Made by a program: the position numbers and the translations under genes
Shown here: piece by piece, positions 57,765-64,000 of the stretch
Numbering within the stretch: the first letter of the stretch is position 1
Layout: every line of letters starts with the position of its first letter
Virus record (IMG/VR): IMGVR_UViG_3300032291_002524
Span: 32,001 to 96,000 of that record
Source: a virus
Direction: 5' to 3' (one strand)
Length of the DNA stretch: 64,000 bases
The notes under the pieces: generated by a model
The model's input: the letters and a program-made list of their open reading frames with translations, nothing else
Told to the model about the DNA's origin: nothing
Database searches by the model: none

Positions 57765-57927
57765 AGTCAGGTGGTGGAATTGGTATACACTACCGTTAAG
57801 GGCTTAGAGATATGATAAGATGTGGAAACGCACCCCTTCCTTGAACGGTTGTCCGATGAATGAATCGGGCTGTGTGATGTAAAGCGCACGGATGCAATCA
57901 ATACAGGTTCGAGTCCTGTCCTGACTA
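57765..57927 (+). ncRNA. tRNA-Leu-like scaffold H (112-nt insert)
   Basis: same arms with compensatory D-stem change GTG/CAC. Confidence 0.75.
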
Positions 57928-58007
57928 CATAAGAATAATTACTTAAATAAAAACGATAATGTTTAGATTCGGCTCGTTTTTTCTCCATTCTAAAGATATT
58001 TATAGAT

Positions 58008-58784
58008 ATGAAAAAATGTAAAAACATTGAATGTGAAAATAGTGTTTTGAAACATAGAGTATATTGTTCATTAACTTGTCGTAATATCTATGTTAATAGA
58101 TATATGAGGGATTATTCTAAAGCAGGTCAAACTATTAGTAATAAATCAATTGATTTATATATGAAGAATATAAAACATTGTCAAAACCCTAAATGTGGTA
58201 AAGAAATACCATATGAAAAAAGGAGAAATAATTATTGTGACAGTAGTTGTAGTACTTCACACATTAATATTAAAAGGCCACATACATGGGGTGATAAGAT
58301 AAAAAAGGGGGTGATTAATTATCACATAAAAAATGGTCATATTAAAACTAAAATATGTGGTTTTTGTGGTAATGAATTTTCAAATAGAAATAAATATTGT
58401 TCAATAGATTGTTATAAACACAAACGAAGAGAACATATTAATGAATATGAAAAATATAAATTAGACTGTAAATTCAAATTTAACGTGTATGACTATCCGC
58501 AAGAATTTGATTTGTCTTTAATTGATAAGTATGGTTGGTACAAAGCAATAAATAATGGCAATAATTTACGAGGTATTAGTAGGGACCATATGTTATCAAT
58601 CAATGAAGGGTACATGTTAGGTATTGACCCATATTTAATTTCTCATCCTGCAAATTGTAAATTAATGATTCATACTGACAATATTAGTAAGAATAAAAAA
58701 TCGTCAATAACAAAAGAAGAGTTAATTAAAAAAATAGATAGTTGGAACATTAAATATCCATTAATAAATGGGGTTGTCGTATAA
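58008..58784 (+). CDS. freestanding HNH-like homing endonuclease
   Basis: Cys-rich repeats, GISRDH...SHPANC; paralogue of 43583-44326. Confidence 0.7.
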   Translation: MKKCKNIECENSVLKHRVYCSLTCRNIYVNRYMRDYSKAGQTISNKSIDLYMKNIKHCQNPKCGKEIPYEKRRNNYCDSSCSTSHINIKRPHTWGDKIKKGVINYHIKNGHIKTKICGFCGNEFSNRNKYCSIDCYKHKRREHINEYEKYKLDCKFKFNVYDYPQEFDLSLIDKYGWYKAINNGNNLRGISRDHMLSINEGYMLGIDPYLISHPANCKLMIHTDNISKNKKSSITKEELIKKIDSWNIKYPLINGVVV

Positions 58785-58841
58785 AAGATATTACAATGGT
58801 TTTGCAAACCATAAAACACGGAGCGTTACCGTGCGACTCCA
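58770..58841 (+). tRNA. tRNA-Ala(TGC), atypical T-loop
   Basis: G3.U70, A73, ATGGT-TTTGCAA-ACCAT; T-loop AGCGTTA. Confidence 0.8.
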
Positions 58842-58855
58842 CAAAAAAAACATTT

Positions 58856-58933
58856 CGGGATGTTGGGGAGTCAGGTCACCCCGCTTCGTTTGGGACGAAG
58901 AAAATTTCGCAGGTTCGAATCCTGCCATCCCGA
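58856..58933 (+). tRNA. tRNA-Pro(TGG)
   Basis: C1-G72, CTTCG-TTTGGGA-CGAAG. Confidence 0.88.
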
Positions 58934-58964
58934 CAAATTAAAGTTTCCAATATATTTATATCAT

Positions 58965-60569
58965 ATGATACTAACTGAAGGTCGTAAGGAAGACGTTTAC
59001 AACAAATATAAAGATAAAATCGATACTGAAAGAAAATTAAGGTCATTGGTTGAACCAAAATCATTCTATGATATTTTGTTGGAAGAACCTTTTATGGAAC
59101 AAACCAACTACAAATATTTAGAACCTTTAGTAGCTCAACATTTTATTTGGAATGAAGTTTATCCAAGACAAGGTAATGAACTTGAAGAATTGGAACCAAA
59201 TAAGGCGTCCACAACAAGGGATGCTCTTATTAGTGATAGGACTTTTGTGGCTAATATTATCCCAAAATTAGAATTTTTTGAAAGAAACAAAGACAAATAT
59301 CCTAAAAAAGATTTTAAACAATATGTTGGTTGGGATTTTGAAAATGAATTCATAAATTTTACCGATAAATTAATGTCAGAAATCTCCAAAAGGAAGGAAA
59401 AAGAAATCGCCAAAAAGGATTCAATCAAACTTTACGAGGACAATGACATATTGGTTGTAAAACCTTTAACACATCAATCGTCTTGTTATTATGGTTCAGG
59501 TACCAAGTGGTGCACAACCATGGCAGGAACACCCAGTTATTTCGATAACTATACGAGTAAAGGTAATTTATATTACATTATCCTTAAAAAAATGACCCGT
59601 GATAATAAGTTTTCAAAAATTGCTTTATATCTTAAACCGGGAACTAATTTTGATAATGGTGATTATTACAATACCAAAGATGATTTATTAACAAAAAATG
59701 AAATTGAGTTATTTAAAAATTTTGTAATTCAAAGGGCTATTGATTCGATTAATGAGGACAATGATAAATCAAATAAGGGAAAATGGTTTTCACAAATTGA
59801 ACGTGGGTTTAAAGATACCAAATGGACCGATAGTATCACTTATAAAATTGAAATTGGAAAAGGGTTTTCAATTGAAGTTAAAATATCTGAATTATACGAT
59901 TATTCAGATTTAGGTGATATTGATGAAATTGATGAAGGTAATCATATTACATATTCTATGAATTTAAACCTAATATCCGACCAAGATTCAAGTTTAAATG
60001 ATTATATATTTGTTGATGGTATTATATTCGATTTAAATAACACAGACTATGCCGTTCAGTACCAAACGGAATCTCAGAACGGTAATTATAGTTTTATTGA
60101 TGGGTGGACCGATATAAAAAAATTTGAAAAGACTGGAAGTGATAATTTACAAAAAATAATTGAGAAAGTTATTAATATTTTTTCAATTAAAATATCTAAA
60201 TCTAATAATGTTCAAAATAAATATGAAGATTGGTTAGAAACCCAAAATGTTAAACCAAAATCTGAAACAGGATATGTTTCCCAAGGAGGAGGTAAATTAA
60301 CCAAAGAAATGATTAACTATTTAGACGCACTTGGTGACGGTGAAAAAGGGAATAGATTGGACTTCTTCCAAAAAACAGGTGTTATTACCACAACACCCGA
60401 GGGTAACTTTAATAAATATGGAAATAAAGTATCTCTTCAAGGTTATTATGGGGCATGGTTTTCAGGTTTAAATAAGGCAGGGATTATAACAACAAAACCA
60501 GGTGTTAAAGGATTTACAAAAGGTCCAAATTTTGAAAAGTTTAAAGAAAAAATTTTATCAAAAAAATAA
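58965..60569 (+). CDS. PLT...YG..TKWC-motif family protein
   Basis: KPLTHQSSCYYGSGTKWCTT; start MILTEG after TATTTAT. Confidence 0.75.
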   Translation: MILTEGRKEDVYNKYKDKIDTERKLRSLVEPKSFYDILLEEPFMEQTNYKYLEPLVAQHFIWNEVYPRQGNELEELEPNKASTTRDALISDRTFVANIIPKLEFFERNKDKYPKKDFKQYVGWDFENEFINFTDKLMSEISKRKEKEIAKKDSIKLYEDNDILVVKPLTHQSSCYYGSGTKWCTTMAGTPSYFDNYTSKGNLYYIILKKMTRDNKFSKIALYLKPGTNFDNGDYYNTKDDLLTKNEIELFKNFVIQRAIDSINEDNDKSNKGKWFSQIERGFKDTKWTDSITYKIEIGKGFSIEVKISELYDYSDLGDIDEIDEGNHITYSMNLNLISDQDSSLNDYIFVDGIIFDLNNTDYAVQYQTESQNGNYSFIDGWTDIKKFEKTGSDNLQKIIEKVINIFSIKISKSNNVQNKYEDWLETQNVKPKSETGYVSQGGGKLTKEMINYLDALGDGEKGNRLDFFQKTGVITTTPEGNFNKYGNKVSLQGYYGAWFSGLNKAGIITTKPGVKGFTKGPNFEKFKEKILSKK

Positions 60570-60646
60570 CTTAAAAATTATTGCTGGTATTGTCAATAAA
60601 TAAACTTTTTGATATATTTATTGTTGAAAAAAAAATCACAATTCTT

Positions 60647-60823
60647 ATGGACCCAAACATCACAAACATCGAAAATGTAGAGGAAATGTCTGCTCAAAAC
60701 CAAATTGGGCATTTCATTGATAATTTCTGTAATGACATACAGGACAATTATCATATATTTGAAAATATATGTTGTGAGGATGACTACGACAATATTCAGG
60801 GGGATTTAGTTCTTTTTATATAA
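60647..60823 (+). CDS. small acidic hypothetical protein
   Basis: 58 aa from ATG 60647. Confidence 0.45.
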   Translation: MDPNITNIENVEEMSAQNQIGHFIDNFCNDIQDNYHIFENICCEDDYDNIQGDLVLFI

Positions 60824-60867
60824 TAAATTTGTTTTTTCATTTTTTTTGAATTAACTTTGTTTTGTTT

Positions 60868-61272
60868 ATGACTTACAAACATCAATTCAAGAGATTTTTA
60901 CAGAAGATAGCGGTAGACCTAACTAGAAAGTTTAATCCTTCTATTATACAAGGTACCCAACACGGTCGTGAGTGTTTATCAATATGTCAAAAATTAATCA
61001 CCAATCCCGAAACTGATTTATATGTATCACCATTATCAGCTAAGAAATATATTAAAAACGACGAACATAAGATATTTATAATTCTTCAAGGAAAAACGGT
61101 TCAAATTATAAACCATGTTTATAGTTATTTAATTTTGACGGATGATAGAACATGGGAAAAAATAATGGAATTCTTCAATGAAGAACAAGAACGTAGATGT
61201 TTGAAATTAGAATCGGAAATAAACGTAAACATTAAACAATCATTAAAAAACATAAGTAATAATCTTAAATAA
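60868..61272 (+). CDS. hypothetical phage protein
   Basis: ORF after TAACTTTG; IINHVYSY motif. Confidence 0.7.
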   Translation: MTYKHQFKRFLQKIAVDLTRKFNPSIIQGTQHGRECLSICQKLITNPETDLYVSPLSAKKYIKNDEHKIFIILQGKTVQIINHVYSYLILTDDRTWEKIMEFFNEEQERRCLKLESEINVNIKQSLKNISNNLK

Positions 61273-61273
61273 A

Positions 61274-61561
61274 ATGGGAACAAATTCATTTAAATCGACA
61301 TACCGTTTTGGTGGTACAATATTTGTAATTTCGGTATTAACAATGTCAATAATTTTTGGAACATTGTTTAGGTCTTGTGGTGTTTCTGATAATGTTGTTA
61401 ATGTAAATTTACCTGAAAGTGTCGACGGAAAAAGTGATACCGTTTTTATCGAAAAAGAAGTTGAAAGGGTAATTAGAGATACTGTCAGAATACCTTACAC
61501 ATCAAAAATAAAACAATCGAATGATAATGGTTCATTTTTAAAAAAAGACACCATAAAATAA
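61274..61561 (+). CDS. single-TM membrane protein
   Basis: N-terminal TM helix, DTV repeats. Confidence 0.65.
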   Translation: MGTNSFKSTYRFGGTIFVISVLTMSIIFGTLFRSCGVSDNVVNVNLPESVDGKSDTVFIEKEVERVIRDTVRIPYTSKIKQSNDNGSFLKKDTIK

Positions 61562-61567
61562 AGTTCA

Positions 61568-61641
61568 GGACCCTTAGCTCAGTTGGTCAGAGCAACTGAC
61601 TCATAATCAGTAGGTCGATGGTTCAAGCCCATCAGGGTCCA
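61568..61641 (+). tRNA. tRNA(CAT), probably Ile2 (lysidine)
   Basis: GGACCCT acceptor; ACTGA-CTCATAA-TCAGT. Confidence 0.75.
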
Positions 61642-61647
61642 CTAAAT

Positions 61648-61721
61648 GCTCACGTAGCTCAGTTGGTAAGAGCAGATGTCTTATACACATCAGGTCACAG
61701 GTTCAATTCCTGTCGTGAGTA
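61648..61721 (+). tRNA. tRNA-Ile(TAT)
   Basis: GATGT-CTTATAC-ACATC. Confidence 0.85.
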
Positions 61722-61736
61722 CTAAATATTATTGTT

Positions 61737-61913
61737 ATGTATTGTATTGTGAAATTAGTTAAAACTATTGATGGTAAAGAATTACCGGTTATTATGTTAG
61801 ATTCATCAGATGAGGTTTGGGAATTTGAAAATATGAGTGACGCTTCTGAAATATCTGAGATATTAACAAAAAATTCAGATTCTGGGTATACATATACCGC
61901 AAAAAAGATTTAA
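61737..61913 (+). CDS. small hypothetical protein (58 aa, below the track cutoff)
   Basis: MYCIVKLVK...SDEVWEFE...NSDSGYTYTAKKI; TATT-rich motif upstream. Confidence 0.6.
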   Translation: MYCIVKLVKTIDGKELPVIMLDSSDEVWEFENMSDASEISEILTKNSDSGYTYTAKKI

Positions 61914-61931
61914 ATTTGTAATTATATACAT

Positions 61932-62003
61932 GGCCCTGTAGGTAAATGGATATACCAACTCTCTTCTAAAGAGTAATTCGTGGTTCGATTCCACGTAGGG
62001 CTA
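61932..62003 (+). tRNA. tRNA-Arg(TCT)
   Basis: ACTCT-CTTCTAA-AGAGT. Confidence 0.88.
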
Positions 62004-62011
62004 CAAAATAC

Positions 62012-62099
62012 GGAAGGTTGTCAGAGCGGTAATGAAGCGGTTTGCTAAACCGTACATCTATAAGTAGATGCGATGGTTCGAATCCATCACCTTCCGCCA
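62012..62099 (+). tRNA. tRNA-Ser(GCT)
   Basis: GCGGT-TTGCTAA-ACCGT, long variable arm, G73, CCA. Confidence 0.9.
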
Positions 62100-62120
62100 A
62101 ACTTAACAGTATTTATTAAT

Positions 62121-62531
62121 ATGTTAAGTTTATTGTTAATCATATTTGCCGGAATATTCAATTCCATTATGGATAAGGTGAATTTTAATTTTTCAAAAAG
62201 TATTTTTAAAAATAAAAACCCTAAATTTTGGAATATTAAGGATTCTTGGAAAAATCAATGGAAATGGCCATTAAAACCTTATAATGGTTGGTATTATTTT
62301 GGGTTATATACGCCAAAATATATCGAAAATTTCCCATATTCGAGTACATTTTTAGTGTTCATTACCGATGCATGGCATTTATCAAAGGCATTAATGTTAT
62401 TTTGTATTTCATTATCAATAGTATTATACACACCAATTATAAACCCAATAATTGACATATTTTTAATGTTTTGTGGATTTACAGTGACTTTCACATATTT
62501 TTACGAATACATATTAAATTCTAAAGATTAA
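62121..62531 (+). CDS. membrane protein
   Basis: SSTFLVFITDAWHL motif, hydrophobic; start after TATTTAT. Confidence 0.7.
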   Translation: MLSLLLIIFAGIFNSIMDKVNFNFSKSIFKNKNPKFWNIKDSWKNQWKWPLKPYNGWYYFGLYTPKYIENFPYSSTFLVFITDAWHLSKALMLFCISLSIVLYTPIINPIIDIFLMFCGFTVTFTYFYEYILNSKD

Positions 62532-62602
62532 TTCTATTAAAAACACTTTTAAAGACAGGTTCTATTGAATCTGTCTTTTTTATTTATTATTCTTTAAACA
62601 TT

Positions 62603-63499
62603 ATGGCAAGACTAAAAGAAATTAAAGAAAAATATTCAAACTGGGACATTTCAATTATCGATATTTTATCCGAATTAGACACCACAGGAACTAATAAATA
62701 TACGGAATTATTTCTTAAATCGATTCAAAATGAACATAATTATTTATATAAAAACGAGGTTAATATTGATTCTGATTGGTATTTGAATAAATTAAATGAA
62801 TGGTTCGATTTGGAACTAAATTCTGAAAATAATATTAATGATGGTGAATTACAATTTATTAAATTTAAATTATTGAATACCTTCATTAATGAAGCTAATT
62901 TTTTGAAAATTAAAAAATTTATAGATTACTCTGAAAGAAAACTAATTAAAACAGACGTTAATCAAATAAAAACGATTGAAGATATTGATAGATTAATATG
63001 TATATCTGATTTTAAGAATATTGATAAAGAATTATCAAAAGATGTATTAATCGAGTTTAAAGATGAAAATTGGTTATTAATTAGACCGTTAACATACGAG
63101 TCGTCACTTAAGTATGGCGCGTCGACGAAATGGTGTACAGCATCAAAAGATACGTATGACCATTTTTTTAGATATACAGAATCCGGTATTTTAATCTACT
63201 GTATTGATTTAAAAAGAGGTGATAAGTTTGGTTTCCATAGAGATATACCTCAAAGTGATAATCGCCATAACAATGAGATTTCATTTTGGAACACTGCCGA
63301 TTATAGGGTTGATTCTATGCAGTGTAACTTTTCACCTGATGTTATTAATCATTTAATGAATATCGAACTTAAATCAAATAAAGAAATGTCAAATGGAAAA
63401 TGGGAAGAAAGTTTAATTAACCTTGAAAAGGGATTGGGTATTCATCGTAAAAGACGAATAGAGGCTAATGAAACAATGCCCTTATTAGTAGAGGGATAA
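62603..63499 (+). CDS. PLT...YG..TKWC-motif family protein
   Basis: RPLTYESSLKYGASTKWCTAS. Confidence 0.75.
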   Translation: MARLKEIKEKYSNWDISIIDILSELDTTGTNKYTELFLKSIQNEHNYLYKNEVNIDSDWYLNKLNEWFDLELNSENNINDGELQFIKFKLLNTFINEANFLKIKKFIDYSERKLIKTDVNQIKTIEDIDRLICISDFKNIDKELSKDVLIEFKDENWLLIRPLTYESSLKYGASTKWCTASKDTYDHFFRYTESGILIYCIDLKRGDKFGFHRDIPQSDNRHNNEISFWNTADYRVDSMQCNFSPDVINHLMNIELKSNKEMSNGKWEESLINLEKGLGIHRKRRIEANETMPLLVEG

Positions 63500-63549
63500 T
63501 ATAACGTCAACTTAAATGTTACAATAATGATTTATCATATATTTATAAT

Positions 63550-64000
63550 ATGATAAAAATCATGGATTGGACACAAATCATCATAACAATTTTAACATCG
63601 ATTAGTTCAGTTATTGTTGCATTAATAACTGCTGGGTATTTTAAACGTAAACAAGAAAAGACGAAGGAAATAGCTTCTAAGAAACAATTAATGAAACAAA
63701 TTCAACATGATGAAATTATTCATTATGCGTTAAGAGAATTAAGAAGAAAGTACAACGCAGACCGAGTTTATATTTGGCAGTTCCACAACGGTGGAAATTT
63801 TTATACAACATCACCAATGCAAAGAACTTCAATCACATATGAAAGATGTTCAGAAGGTTTAGAAAGAAAGGCTGAAAAATATCAGGGTGTTTTAATCAGT
63901 AATTTTACTAATTATATAAAAAGCACAATGGATGGTAACATGTACTACTACGATGTTGATTCTATTCCCGATTTTGCATTAAGAGCGTTAATATTAAGTC
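63550..64000 (+). CDS. TM + GAF-like protein, possibly T4 holin-like (partial)
   Basis: N-terminal TM helix then ADRVYIWQFHNGG; runs off the window end. Confidence 0.55.
   Translation, partial: MIKIMDWTQIIITILTSISSVIVALITAGYFKRKQEKTKEIASKKQLMKQIQHDEIIHYALRELRRKYNADRVYIWQFHNGGNFYTTSPMQRTSITYERCSEGLERKAEKYQGVLISNFTNYIKSTMDGNMYYYDVDSIPDFALRALILS

Noticed and set aside
46315-57927. Scaffold repeats as a CRISPR array
   Set aside because: The repeats are tRNA halves, spacing is irregular, insert lengths vary from 27 to 130 nt, and there are no cas genes in the window.
42271-58027. Short track ORFs overlapping tRNA/ncRNA genes (e.g. 43140, 43207, 44653, 44832, 46566, 55066, 55087, 57767)
   Set aside because: They are shadows of GC-rich RNA genes or antisense frames without plausible protein features.
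58770-58841. Second tRNA-Cys
   Set aside because: The loop register gives anticodon TGC, and G3.U70/A73 indicate Ala.

Overview
This is a 64 kb AT-rich segment of a T4-like jumbo bacteriophage using the standard genetic code. The host is almost certainly Bacteroidota, judged from TTTG-N~20-TAnnTTTG promoters, a DUF4494-like protein, a T9SS-like C-terminal tail and a Gly-starting tmRNA tag. The left part holds the head-morphogenesis module (scaffold-like protein, prohead protease, ribosomal protein bS21, portal, large terminase), ClpC, and a tmRNA with an HDV-like (theta) ribozyme fused to its 3' end. The middle holds accessory and RNA-repair genes, ClpP, thyA with an inserted GIY-YIG gene, and a lytic transglycosylase. 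The right part is a ~20 kb RNA-rich region with about 27 tRNAs covering all 20 amino acids, freestanding homing endonucleases, 8-9 tRNA-Leu-like scaffolds carrying variable inserts, and several unexplained structured non-coding segments. The most notable observation is a pair of homologous leader-peptide attenuators, each upstream of a tRNA array. In each, the peptide codons match the tRNA identities of the downstream array, suggesting a ribosome-based sensor that switches on phage tRNA supply when host tRNAs fail. All RNA folds were made by eye and no database searches were run.
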